64,000 bases of DNA from an uncultured Verrucomicrobiales bacterium (GTDB lineage: Bacteria; Verrucomicrobiota; Verrucomicrobiia; Verrucomicrobiales; Akkermansiaceae), in contig CALGJQ010000029.1 of the NCBI GenBank assembly GCA_937928545.1, forward strand, positions 1 through 64,000, in the 5' to 3' direction. The notes below the pieces were generated by a model, which worked only from the letters and a program-made list of their open reading frames with translations, did no database searches and was not told the DNA's origin. Shown one piece after another: positions 9,301-18,334 of this stretch (within the stretch, counting starts at the first letter, position 1; each line of letters begins with the position of its first letter). Both the position numbers and the translations under genes were made by a program.

Positions 9301-11374
9301 CTTGAGGTTCAGCCCAAGGATACGCGCGAAGGCACTGCTGGCTTGGGACGCTCTCGACGACGAGATTCGTTCGGATCTTTCGATTCGATTGCGTGCTCAT
9401 GGTGAGAAGCGAAAAGCATTTGGTGAGAGTGAATTCACCAAAGTTCAAGGTGAGGTCTTTATTGCTGAAATGTCTCAACATTTTACCGAGGATCAGGCTG
9501 AATACCTTTTCGAGGAAATTTCGAATGGCCCTGACTTTGTCGTTTCCAAGGCTTCGGTGACCTTGGCAGAGCGTTTGAAATCGGAATTACTTTCGAAACG
9601 AGCTGGGAAGATTTTTGAAGCAGCCTTGGCGGAATTTGAAGACTCCTTGGAAGGTCGCTTCGCAGTGGCTTTTGATTGGTTAGGATCGTTTACGGTCGAC
9701 GACGAAATTTACGAGGCTGCTTACTGGATTGCTAAAGGTGGTTATGAAGAACGTTGGGTAAAAGACGCCCAGCTTTCTCTTTCGGTCGAGGGCGTGAAGG
9801 GAAGTCATGCTCGAATTGAGAACGCGGAAATTGCGCTCAACTATCACGAGTTCATGGATCGTCTTTCGCTCTTTGCGCGAGAAGAAGTGCCAATTTTTGA
9901 AAGCTACTTGGAATCGAAGCAGAACTTGGTCGATGAGAAGCGGGACGAGATGCGCTTGGAGGAATTTAAACCACGTGTGATGTCGGCCTTTGTTCGGAAC
10001 CGTCTCATTAATGAGGTTTATCTTCCGATGGTGGGCGATAATCTCGCGAAGCAGATGGGAACGGCGGGTGATGACACGCGCACCGATCGAATGGGTCTCT
10101 TGCTACTCATCTCTCCTCCGGGTTACGGAAAGACGACCTTGATGGAATACATCGGAAATCGTCTTGGCCTGACCTTCATGAAAATTAATGGCCCAGCGCT
10201 GGGTCATAATGTGACTTCGCTCGATCCCTTAGACGCGCCGAATGCGTCAGCACGGGAGGAAGTTGAGAAGCTCAACCTCGCGCTAGAGATGGGGGACAAT
10301 GTCATGATTTATCTCGATGACATCCAGCACACTCATTCGGAGTTTTTGCAAAAATTCATCAGTCTCTGTGATGGGCAACGTAAGATCGAAGGGGTCTATA
10401 ATGGTAAGGCTAAGACCTATGACCTGCGTGGCAAAAAGATCGCGGTTGTCATGGCGGGTAACCCTTATACTGAGACCGGTGGGAAGTTTCAGATCCCGGA
10501 TATGTTGGCGAACCGCGCGGATACTTATAACCTGGGTGATATTTTGGGAGATCATGAGGAGGCCTTTAAGGTGAGCTTTGTGGAGAACTGCCTGACTTCA
10601 AATAGCGTGCTCAATAAGTTGGCCAGTAAGAGCCAGAAAGATGTCTATGCCGCTCTTGCAGTTGCGGAAACTGGAAGCACGGAGGGAGTCGATTTTGAGG
10701 GAAACTATACGCCGGCTGAGATTGAGGAATTTTCTCAAACTCTCAAACGTCTCCTGCGAGTGCGCGACACCATCATGCGAGTGAATATGGAGTATATCCG
10801 CAGCGCGGCGCAGGAGGATGCCTATCGCTTGGAGCCAGCCTTTAAGCTGCAGGGATCGTATCGAAACATGAACCGCATTGCGGAGAAGGTGCTTCCGCTC
10901 ATGACGATGGAAGAGGTGGAGGGGTTGATCTTTGATCACTACGAGAACGAATCGCAAACGCTCACCACGGGGGCTGAGGCGAACCTCTTGAAATTTAGGG
11001 AGATGGAAGGTGTTTTATCTGAGGAGGAAGAGACTCGCTGGGCTCAAATTAAGAAGGACTTTGGCAAGCAGAAGCTCCTCGGTGGGGCCGGTGAGAATGA
11101 TCCGGTGGCGCGGGTGGTGGCGCAGATGACTCAGTTCAATGATGGTCTAGAAGCGATCAGCCAAGGGCTCGTGAAGCCACCTGCCTTGGCTGAAGCATCG
11201 ATTGCTCAGCTTCAGGCGATTATCGAAGGCCTGCGTGCGGTTCCAGTGCAGGTCGATATCAACGTCGTTCCAGTGCAGGACGAAGGCGATAGCATCGAGA
11301 GCATTTCTAAAAAGCCAAGTTCATCGCCGATCGATATCGAGCCGGAGGTGAGGCAGGGAGAGGATTTAAACTAG
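6395..11374 (+). CDS. Giant multidomain protein (1659 aa) with a C-terminal AAA+ (AAA_5/MoxR/McrB-like) ATPase module; function unknown
   Basis: Walker A LLISPPGYGKTTLMEY, Walker B VMIYLDDIQH, a sensor-1-like VVMAGNPY and an Arg in LANRADTYNL lie around nt 10100-10560. These are preceded by about 450 aa of possible beta-rich sequence and about 700 aa of coiled-coil-like E/K/L-rich sequence. Confidence 0.8.
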   Translation: MPEEKQQLEGGAYEVIRARLEKGGGELQARMTALNAERQEVFGAVETELVSTERVSTEHNCVPRDIIAVGANRFIFGYNIQFGLKATTSIEDVFAAYDYDPESHSFAAANISEVLADSSFLEDFKYLFKYYREAVFVKFMVIGPHLFMAMRIGKAITDLKAFKWLIQGDGTLEYLGNRFDHEYQFPPQQEFEWQRAHRDMQRSGEHPHISIEDRVFVETVGGDLTIKVEDNTATGAGVYQEPVTELDQTLDDAEILYATVGPLILLKILPYREELHRYLVFNEKTQSVHRIDAIGHSCVLLPDEQGLIFSNGYLLLTGESKIFETDLTDMRFERRVLSANGEDTLFVFYNRLSGDYVLLSYNMISQSVETPVICSGYSLFPDGRMIIFRGETEASKHHALQIWQTSYLSDEVASSQATSGESLLFKIGNAELVRGMAECREVLTLLRKDDSYGDLYLDLSKKTGDIIDSYFWLGQEEAGDLAAPLKDIRGAATSAIDEFEKVQGLRRSTGERTKAVRETAGELLRAIRHSPADDIFGFVHHLAELRKSRGEVIGLRDLRYVDEALVGELEKEIVEASEKTAGKTVEFLLKPEALDPYLKAVEEQEARVPKLAKVVEADEVVESLDAAGGELEMLIDIVGNLKIEDATQTTAIIDSISAIYSTLNGVRAGLKNKRLDLAKGEGVAQFGAQMKLLSQAVVNYLDLCDTPKKCEEYLTKVMVQLEELEGKFSEFDDYVEELSGKREEIYEAFESRKQSLLEKKNRRTNQLVKSAERILSGIKNRLEGFSEINEINGYFASDLMIEKVRDIIEELTELGDAVKGDDIQTRLKTTRDDAVRALKDRKELFVDGEAIIKFGKHRFSVNEQELELSIVPKEGEMCFHLSGTNFFEPVTNEEFLATESVWDQEVISETNEVYRSEWLAYQFLLNGGDQTLEQFMQPRYNEGYLKGVHDLDAAKLIEALRPMQEKAGLLRFSPRIRAKALLAWDALDDEIRSDLSIRLRAHGEKRKAFGESEFTKVQGEVFIAEMSQHFTEDQAEYLFEEISNGPDFVVSKASVTLAERLKSELLSKRAGKIFEAALAEFEDSLEGRFAVAFDWLGSFTVDDEIYEAAYWIAKGGYEERWVKDAQLSLSVEGVKGSHARIENAEIALNYHEFMDRLSLFAREEVPIFESYLESKQNLVDEKRDEMRLEEFKPRVMSAFVRNRLINEVYLPMVGDNLAKQMGTAGDDTRTDRMGLLLLISPPGYGKTTLMEYIGNRLGLTFMKINGPALGHNVTSLDPLDAPNASAREEVEKLNLALEMGDNVMIYLDDIQHTHSEFLQKFISLCDGQRKIEGVYNGKAKTYDLRGKKIAVVMAGNPYTETGGKFQIPDMLANRADTYNLGDILGDHEEAFKVSFVENCLTSNSVLNKLASKSQKDVYAALAVAETGSTEGVDFEGNYTPAEIEEFSQTLKRLLRVRDTIMRVNMEYIRSAAQEDAYRLEPAFKLQGSYRNMNRIAEKVLPLMTMEEVEGLIFDHYENESQTLTTGAEANLLKFREMEGVLSEEEETRWAQIKKDFGKQKLLGGAGENDPVARVVAQMTQFNDGLEAISQGLVKPPALAEASIAQLQAIIEGLRAVPVQVDINVVPVQDEGDSIESISKKPSSSPIDIEPEVRQGEDLN

Positions 11375-12360
11375 GATCCCGTTTGAAACGGCTTCACCTT
11401 ACCAAGTTCTAATGATCCTCCGAGCCAGGCGAGGAGTTGGTTCATCTCGGGGTGGTCATTCCGAAGCGCTTGGAGGGAATCCCAGCCACAGTGCGTGCGG
11501 CCACGAGCGGAGGAAATTTTCTCAATTTTAAGTCGTCCCATGAGTGCTTCAGTTTCACGATCCATGGCATTCTGAATTTGGGCAGGATGGGGGAGGTCAT
11601 CGAGATCAATGGCTGATAGTCCAAAGCTGGTCACGCCAATTCCCAAATCAGCAGCAAGAGCGCGGACTTGATCACCAAGAGATTCATCCTGAATCGAGCC
11701 AGCGAGGTAAAGTTCACCTGAATTTGCCCAAGGGGAGGCACTCATGGTTTGGAAAAGGTCTTCGCGAAAGCTATTGTGCGTGGTTTCGACCCTCATTCGG
11801 ATGGATTCGAGCCGGTAAGGTGGAAGTCCGAGAGTTTGTTTGAGGGCGAGATGGGCGGGGTCGAGTTCCAAGCCATCGTCATCAAATTCACCGTGCTCCC
11901 AATCGACGAGAACCATTTCGGGGAACTTCCAGAGATTTCCAAGAGGGGCATCAGCAGAGAGTGATTCGCGGAATTCAAAGGTGAACTTATTTCGAGTCTC
12001 AGCGTATTTTTGCACGATGGCGCGAAACTTGCCGAGACGAAGCATCGCTTGATCCACGGAGCTATTGTCACCCAGCTCATCGAGACGTCCTTGCTGCATC
12101 GCTACTAACTCGTGAGCGCCCGAGAGCGCTGGCATAGCGGCACCGCGTTTGTAGTAGCCTTGACCTTTTTCAACCTTGGCAATCGGGGAGCTAGGATCGC
12201 AGGACATCACGGAGAAGTGATAGCGAAGAGAGGCATCAGAGTATGATCCATCCATGCGGAGTCTCAGAAGCCGAATTAACTCAGTTCCCTTGATGGCCTC
12301 CGTTGGGTTTGCGGGTAAGATCTCGGAAAGAAGGTCGGTAAGTTGTGTGCGGAGACTCAT
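11371..12360 (-). CDS. Hypothetical protein (329 aa), convergent with the giant AAA gene and overlapping it by 4 nt
   Basis: Long ORF with balanced composition and no recognisable motif. Confidence 0.55.
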   Translation of the reverse strand: MSLRTQLTDLLSEILPANPTEAIKGTELIRLLRLRMDGSYSDASLRYHFSVMSCDPSSPIAKVEKGQGYYKRGAAMPALSGAHELVAMQQGRLDELGDNSSVDQAMLRLGKFRAIVQKYAETRNKFTFEFRESLSADAPLGNLWKFPEMVLVDWEHGEFDDDGLELDPAHLALKQTLGLPPYRLESIRMRVETTHNSFREDLFQTMSASPWANSGELYLAGSIQDESLGDQVRALAADLGIGVTSFGLSAIDLDDLPHPAQIQNAMDRETEALMGRLKIEKISSARGRTHCGWDSLQALRNDHPEMNQLLAWLGGSLELGKVKPFQTGS

Positions 12361-12538
12361 TATGAAGTTTTAAAAAAGCGACGTGAAAGGACTAAAGAGA
12401 TGCAACTTGATGAGGACTACTTTGGGCAAGCCTCAAGTCACAAGAATGCTAAAATTTTTTGCTAATCGAAGGTGACTTTTCCATCGAATGAATTAATTCC
12501 TCTTGCCGTCTCATTTCACGAAGTGTTAAAAAACCAGC

Positions 12539-13225
12539 ATGAAAGTAATCCTAGCCCTAAGCCTTTCCCTCGCCCTTTCTCCATTTTCTCAAGCACAGAC
12601 CGCTGAGGATATCATGTCATCGGTCCGTCAAGTGGCCGTTTTACAGGGATCTCAGGATCTCAGTGGGGTGATCCGGAAAGGGTCTAAGAAAACCCCTCTT
12701 ACTCTTTTCCTGCGCGGAAAGGACATTCAGTTTGCTCTGAATGGAGGAGCCGAGCGCTTTCACTTACGATTGAACGAGGATACTCAGCAATTGCGGGAGC
12801 TTGTAGGAGGAAAGTCTCGTCCCTTTCCAAGTGCTAAGATTTCTGCTCCGATCTCGAACACTGACGTAAGCTACGAGGATCTGGCCTTGAAGTTCCTCTA
12901 TTGGCCTCAGCCTCGGATTATTCAAGAGGAGAAGATCAATGGTCAACTTTGTTGGCGCCTTCACGTCGTGAATCCAGAAAAGACTGGGCGTTATCGCGAA
13001 GTGAGCGTCTGGGTGACTAAGAATCAACGCGCGCTTATGAGAGTGGTGGGATATGGTCCACGGCCAGCGACGGTGGCTCTAAAGCAATTTGAAATCACCG
13101 ATGTGATGAAGGTCAACGGAGTTTTCACGGTGGAAACGATGAAAGTGAGCACTTTCAGCAAAGATCGCCGCGTGAGCGGGATCACCTATCTGGAATTCAA
13201 GAAGCCGAAGCGTAAGGGTCGCTAA
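12539..13225 (+). CDS. Secreted LolA-like / outer-membrane lipoprotein-sorting-like protein
   Basis: Signal peptide MKVILALSLSLALSPFSQAQT and a size and pattern reminiscent of LolA-like proteins. The assignment is weak. Confidence 0.4.
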   Translation: MKVILALSLSLALSPFSQAQTAEDIMSSVRQVAVLQGSQDLSGVIRKGSKKTPLTLFLRGKDIQFALNGGAERFHLRLNEDTQQLRELVGGKSRPFPSAKISAPISNTDVSYEDLALKFLYWPQPRIIQEEKINGQLCWRLHVVNPEKTGRYREVSVWVTKNQRALMRVVGYGPRPATVALKQFEITDVMKVNGVFTVETMKVSTFSKDRRVSGITYLEFKKPKRKGR

Positions 13226-13404
13226 AACCCGCTGCGGAAAATCGACTGCAAGTTGCGGAAAATTCCAACGGTTGAGGCCGTGTTTTGAATGGTTCGGCTC
13301 ACGTTCCCGGTTCCTCCTGTTGTAGGCGCGGCCGGGGTGTTTGAAGCACAGCTAGACAGGGATGCAAGCGAGGCGGTAAGGAGAAGAGTAAAAAGGACTT
13401 TCAT
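13222..13404 (-). CDS. Small putative lipoprotein (60 aa)
   Basis: Lipoprotein-like signal LLTASLASLSSCASN. The ORF is short, so this call is tentative. Confidence 0.25.
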   Translation of the reverse strand: MKVLFTLLLTASLASLSSCASNTPAAPTTGGTGNVSRTIQNTASTVGIFRNLQSIFRSGF

Positions 13405-13497
13405 TTCGATTGGGGGTTTTGATTTTCGGGGGGGGTGAAAATTAGTTGATGACTATTGAATCCACTCTAGGAGACAAAAGCGAGTCAGAAAGTGCCC

Positions 13498-14715
13498 TTA
13501 AGCGTCGAGATCAAAGGCGGTGTGAACGACCCGAGCAGCTTCCTCGATCTGGTCTTCTTCGACTGTGACAGAAATTTTGATCTCTGAAGTGGAAATCATT
13601 CCGATATTGATGCCCGCATTACCGAGAGCTTCGAACATTTTGGCGGCGACTCCAGAATGGCTACGCATTCCGATGCCGACACAGGAAAGCTTTCCGATAC
13701 CCGCTTCGGTTTCGATGCCGGCATCACCACCAAGATCGGCGAGAACGGGCTTGAGAGCGCTCTGAGCCCGACCGAGATCGCTGGTGTGCATGGTGAAGGA
13801 ATGGCGGGCCAGTTGATCGCTGGCGATGTTTGAAACGATCATATCGATGTTCACCTCAGCCTTAGCCAGGGCTCCTAGGATGCTTCCGGACATTCCGGGT
13901 TCATCGGGGATGCCGGTGATGGTGACTCGGGCTTGGGAGCGCTCGATCGAGACTCCGCGAATGACAACTGATTCCATAGCTTCGTGTTCTTCGGTGACAA
14001 TGGTCCCCGGATTGTTGTTGAGAGATGATTTCACTTCGAATTTCACCCCATATTTTTTGGCGAATTCGACAGATCGGGATTGCATGACCTTAGTCCCCAC
14101 TGAAGCGAGTTCTAAGAGTTCATCGTAAGAGATTTCCGGGAGCTTGCGGGCCTTTTTGACAACGCGAGGATCGGCAGTGTAAACGCCGTCGACATCGGTG
14201 AGGATTTGGCAGAGGTCCGCTTTTACTGAAGAGGCGACGGCAATAGCAGAAAGGTCTGAGCCACCCCGTCCGAGCGTGTGGATCATGCCGTCTTCGGTCA
14301 TGCCTTGAAAACCGGCGACGATGACAGTGCGGTCTTCGGAAAGAAAATGATTCACCAACTTTGGCTCAATTTTATCGATCCGCCCACGAGTATGAGAACC
14401 GCTCGTGACAATACCCGCCTGACGTCCAGTGGCGGAAACGGCATCGATCCCCATTTCATTGAGCGCGATGGAGAGGAGGGCGATGGATTGCTGCTCACCT
14501 GAGGAAAGGAGGACATCCATTTCGCGCTCGGTGGGGTCATCTGAGAGCTCTTTTGCAAGGGCAATGAGTTTATCGGTCACTCCGCCCATCGCTGAAATGA
14601 CAGCAACGACCTTGTTGCCCTTATCGCGCTCAGATTTGATCCGATTTGCAACATTACGGATCCGGTCAATCGAGCCGACCGAAGTGCCGCCGTATTTTTG
14701 GACGATGAGAGCCAT
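13498..14715 (-). CDS. lysC: Aspartate kinase
   Basis: MALIVQKYGGTSVGS at the N-terminus, an aspartokinase fold and C-terminal ACT domains. The ORF extends to 14754, but the conserved start is the internal Met. Confidence 0.9.
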   Translation of the reverse strand: MALIVQKYGGTSVGSIDRIRNVANRIKSERDKGNKVVAVISAMGGVTDKLIALAKELSDDPTEREMDVLLSSGEQQSIALLSIALNEMGIDAVSATGRQAGIVTSGSHTRGRIDKIEPKLVNHFLSEDRTVIVAGFQGMTEDGMIHTLGRGGSDLSAIAVASSVKADLCQILTDVDGVYTADPRVVKKARKLPEISYDELLELASVGTKVMQSRSVEFAKKYGVKFEVKSSLNNNPGTIVTEEHEAMESVVIRGVSIERSQARVTITGIPDEPGMSGSILGALAKAEVNIDMIVSNIASDQLARHSFTMHTSDLGRAQSALKPVLADLGGDAGIETEAGIGKLSCVGIGMRSHSGVAAKMFEALGNAGINIGMISTSEIKISVTVEEDQIEEAARVVHTAFDLDA

Positions 14716-14825
14716 GAATGAGCTGTCTTTAGAGAGGTGAGGGGAATTAGGCAAGCTCGGGCAGTTAAGAAAAAAATCCCCCGCCGATCAGTGAAAGGCG
14801 AGGGATTTTTGAAAAATAGGGGACG

Positions 14826-15539
14826 CTAGCGTCGGCGGCGGATTAGGCCGAAGAGGGCAAGGCCGCTGAGAAGTGCTGAGGAAGGCTCAGGAACCGCATA
14901 GGTCGGGTTCACAGAACCGAATGTCGATAGAGTAGGGTCTGCGGTGAAATCCGAAGCTGCCACCATCGTTCCGGTCTCGTCATAGACGTTTCCGTTCACG
15001 GTGTAGAAAAAATCTCCAGTGGAAGAGTCTCGGAAAACGAGCTCAGGATCAGTTGAGGAAATTGGAGGAAGATAAACTCCGCCAAGCCCAGTTGCGTAGT
15101 CAGGGTCCATGGAATCCTCGATGATCCCGACAACATCCAGAATCCCTGAAAATTCTGAGATATCATCGGCAATGCCATCATTATTAGTGTCAATATCGGA
15201 ACTTCCGATAGTTCCAGTAAAGTCGTCAGCGAGAATCAAGGTGTTAGAAGGGTTTTCTAAATCATCAATCGAGACCGACGCAATTCCGAGAGAATCGAAG
15301 GTTCCCGTGATATTTTCGGCTCGGTCGACTGTTCCTTGGCCACTGCCTGGATCAGTCTCAATCGACACAATCCAGAGGTCAAAACTAGTCGAAGGAACCC
15401 CGGAAATTTCAAAATCTTGAGAAGCTGGATCACTTCCCGGCGGATTCGAGTAGATTTCAGAAATTAAGGTGACTGCATTTGCTGATGAAAGTAATGTTCC
15501 AAAAGTGACGGTAGATAGGAAAAGGGATTTTGGTTTCAT
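14826..15539 (-). CDS. PEP-CTERM sorting-domain protein with an N-terminal lamin-tail-like domain
   Basis: Signal peptide, an LISEIYSNPPGSD (lamin-tail-like) motif and a C-terminal VPEPSSALLSGLALFGLIRRRR PEP-CTERM anchor. Confidence 0.8.
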   Translation of the reverse strand: MKPKSLFLSTVTFGTLLSSANAVTLISEIYSNPPGSDPASQDFEISGVPSTSFDLWIVSIETDPGSGQGTVDRAENITGTFDSLGIASVSIDDLENPSNTLILADDFTGTIGSSDIDTNNDGIADDISEFSGILDVVGIIEDSMDPDYATGLGGVYLPPISSTDPELVFRDSSTGDFFYTVNGNVYDETGTMVAASDFTADPTLSTFGSVNPTYAVPEPSSALLSGLALFGLIRRRR

Positions 15540-15687
15540 GGGTTTTCTTTTTCTAAAAGGCGATTGAGATTAAGCAGAAGAGGGGCCAATGTGCCAACTT
15601 TCTTTTTATGGCAGTTATGAAACCAATGGTTTTTCGAATCTAGCTAAGCAATTCCCATCACTGCCGTAACTCAAAAGGAGGGTCATT

Positions 15688-16992
15688 TTAGAGCGTTTCG
15701 ATCCGGAAAACAACCGGTCGAGCAGTGAGACAGTCGAGGGCTTCAACTTCAGCAAGGGCTGTTTTCAGCTGACCAAAGGGGCATTTGTGGAGAAGAAAGA
15801 CCATTTCAACAAAGGCGGCGTCGGGGTTGTCGGCATCGACGGGAGAATGGGTGCCAGAAATGCCGATTTCGTGATTCGCGAGAATTGAGGCAATGTTGGC
15901 AATGACTCCGGGTTGGTCTGTGACGGAGAAGCGGACGTAGTAGGAAGTCGAGGTTTCGTCGATTTCTACAAGCTTTCCTGATTCTTGGTAAGGGATGAAT
16001 CCTCGATCGCTGCGGGAATTTCGAGCGGCTTCGACGAGGTCAGAAACGACCGAAGAAGCAGTGGGGCCTTGTCCAGCGCCGCGGCCATAGAAGAGAGAGT
16101 CGCCCAAATGGTCGCCTTTCACCGCGACGGCATTAAAGACCCCATGAACTGAGGCCAAGATGTGCTTTTGCGATAAGAAGGAGGGTTGGGTGCGGATTTC
16201 AATCGCTCCGTGATCGCGCTCGATGACGAGAGAGAGGAGTTTTACGACATAACCGAGATCTGAGGCGAATTTGATGTCGAGAGGGGTCACTTTTTCGATC
16301 CCACGGACATAGACCTCTTTGTAATCAATGAGGAAGCCATGGGCGAGCGAGCCAAGGAGGATCGCTTTGTGGGCAGCATCCCAGCCATTGACGTCGAGAG
16401 TTTCGTCCGCTTCGGCATAGCCGAGGTCTTTGGCCTCCTTGAGAGCCTCAGGATAGCCAAGGCCTGCTTCGGTCATGCGCTGAAGGATGTAATTGGAGGT
16501 TCCATTAATGATCCCAGCGATTGATTCGATGCGATTTCCAACAAGAGACTCTTGAACAGCCTTAATAATAGGGATGCCTCCAGCGACGGCGGCTTCGAAA
16601 TGGATGGGGGCCTTGTGTTCCTTTGAAAGAGCAAAGAGTTCGGCGCCTCGCTCGGCGAGAAGGGCTTTGTTTCCGGTGACAACGGGTTTTCCGGCGCGGA
16701 GAGCTGCTGCGACCAAGTCGAATGCGGCATCGGTTCCGCCGATCAATTCGACCACAATATCGACTGCTGGATCATTGACAACTTCCATGAGATCCGTCGT
16801 GAAAAGCTCGGCCGGAGCATCGGCATCGCGTTTTTTGGCAAGGTCGCGAACGGCGATTTTTCGGATTTCAAGGGCCGCGCTTCCTTGTGAACGTGAAGAA
16901 ATCAAGCCTCCGTGTTCCTGAAGAATTTGCCATACGCCTGACCCGACGGTTCCAAATCCCGCTAATCCGATTCCTGAAATTGTGCAGCTCAC
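15688..16992 (-). CDS. hom: Homoserine dehydrogenase
   Basis: N-terminal NAD-binding GFGTVGSG, a homoserine dehydrogenase core and a C-terminal ACT domain. Confidence 0.9.
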   Translation of the reverse strand: MSCTISGIGLAGFGTVGSGVWQILQEHGGLISSRSQGSAALEIRKIAVRDLAKKRDADAPAELFTTDLMEVVNDPAVDIVVELIGGTDAAFDLVAAALRAGKPVVTGNKALLAERGAELFALSKEHKAPIHFEAAVAGGIPIIKAVQESLVGNRIESIAGIINGTSNYILQRMTEAGLGYPEALKEAKDLGYAEADETLDVNGWDAAHKAILLGSLAHGFLIDYKEVYVRGIEKVTPLDIKFASDLGYVVKLLSLVIERDHGAIEIRTQPSFLSQKHILASVHGVFNAVAVKGDHLGDSLFYGRGAGQGPTASSVVSDLVEAARNSRSDRGFIPYQESGKLVEIDETSTSYYVRFSVTDQPGVIANIASILANHEIGISGTHSPVDADNPDAAFVEMVFLLHKCPFGQLKTALAEVEALDCLTARPVVFRIETL

Positions 16993-17087
16993 GGAAGAGA
17001 TCTAGGGTGATTTTGGGCGGTAAAACAGAAAAAATCTCTTTGATCGTTGAATTGCAAGGCCCGTTCGTGACGTTATACTCATCACAG

Positions 17088-18305
17088 ATGGCTCGCGAAT
17101 ACTCATGGGAAACCGGAAGCACTTACACTCCTCCTCGGCGGGAGGGCTTAGGCTGGTATGTGCTGGTGGCGGTTGTTTTGGCTCTGCTGATTCATGTGGG
17201 CGCCTTGATCGCAGCGAGTGGTACTTTTTATCGCGCCGAGATTTCAGAACCTCAGGAGTGGGAATCCCAGCCGATGCGGGTTACGAGTGTCGAGACTGAG
17301 CCAGAAGAGGTTGCGGAAGCTCCGCCGGAAGAAGAGTTGGAGCGGCCAGTCGATGATAGTGAGCTCATCGATGACACCGAGGATGCTATTGCCGATCTGC
17401 AAAATACCGAGATCGATATTGATACTCAAATCGAAGAGGCCGCCTTGCCCGATATGAAGATCGAGAAGCCAAAATTGGTTGGAGTTGAAGAAGGAGAACT
17501 TCTCAAGCCGGTGATCGGAGCGAATGTCAATCCTGACATTCCGGATCCGGGACAAATGAAAATTGATTTCCCGATGGCCAAAGCGAACCAGCTTGTGGTT
17601 GTCGATGACGGAGCTCCTTTGGCTGATGTTTTGGATCCAAATTCGGTGGTTTCTGAATTGGGGAACATGAAAGGAGCAGGCGGAGACAATGTTGATGGTG
17701 TGATCGATGGATACACCGGTCTCTCAGCTTACGCGAAGATGTCTCCCGGTGATTTGCAGCGAAACAAGGCGTCGATCGGGAGTGATCTCCTTTTTGAATT
17801 CAACGAATCAACTCTTCGAGATGATGCCCGGCTCACTTTAATGACAGTCGCCATGTTGATTGACCGGAATCCCGACATGTATTGTTGGGTTGAGGGTCAC
17901 ACTGATCTCTTTGGAGGTGACGAGTTTAACAGCAGTCTCTCGTTGAAGCGCGGAAAGGCGGTTAAGGATTGGTTGGTCCAGGCGCTCCAACTCGATCCCA
18001 AATACATCATTGTTCGTCCTTTTGGTCGCACGGCGCCGATTGTGACTGAAGGTGATCGTGATCAACAGGCTCCGAACCGGCGAGTTGACATTAAAATGAG
18101 AAAGACCGTTCCCGTTCCTGTGACCGGATTGCCAGCGAAGGTTCTCGTGAAGCCCGGTCAGGCTTACATCATTCCTGATGATGAGGCGGACATTCCCAAA
18201 GCTTTGATCGTAGAAGATGATGAGGTGGAAGAGAAAATCCCCGAAGCTGAAAGTGTCCCCGAGGAGACTCCTGAAATTCCTGGAGCCCTTCCTGTCGTGG
18301 AGTAA
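17088..18305 (+). CDS. OmpA/MotB-family peptidoglycan-binding membrane protein
   Basis: A TM helix, an acidic linker and a C-terminal OmpA-like domain (NESTLRDDARLTL...RRVDIK). The start is placed at MAREYSW because the longer ORF start at 16887 overlaps hom. Confidence 0.7.
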   Translation: MAREYSWETGSTYTPPRREGLGWYVLVAVVLALLIHVGALIAASGTFYRAEISEPQEWESQPMRVTSVETEPEEVAEAPPEEELERPVDDSELIDDTEDAIADLQNTEIDIDTQIEEAALPDMKIEKPKLVGVEEGELLKPVIGANVNPDIPDPGQMKIDFPMAKANQLVVVDDGAPLADVLDPNSVVSELGNMKGAGGDNVDGVIDGYTGLSAYAKMSPGDLQRNKASIGSDLLFEFNESTLRDDARLTLMTVAMLIDRNPDMYCWVEGHTDLFGGDEFNSSLSLKRGKAVKDWLVQALQLDPKYIIVRPFGRTAPIVTEGDRDQQAPNRRVDIKMRKTVPVPVTGLPAKVLVKPGQAYIIPDDEADIPKALIVEDDEVEEKIPEAESVPEETPEIPGALPVVE

Positions 18306-18334
18306 GAGATCCTCATTTATCGACCTGAGAACTT

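Noticed and set aside
14760-14820. Possible riboswitch upstream of aspartate kinase
   Set aside because: The region is only about 70 nt and is dominated by a terminator-like hairpin (cccccgcc...ggcgaggga) for the convergent PEP-CTERM gene. It is too short for a lysine riboswitch.
16887-17087. Upstream extension of the OmpA-like ORF
   Set aside because: It overlaps the hom gene on the opposite strand. The internal Met at 17088 gives a typical start followed by a TM helix.
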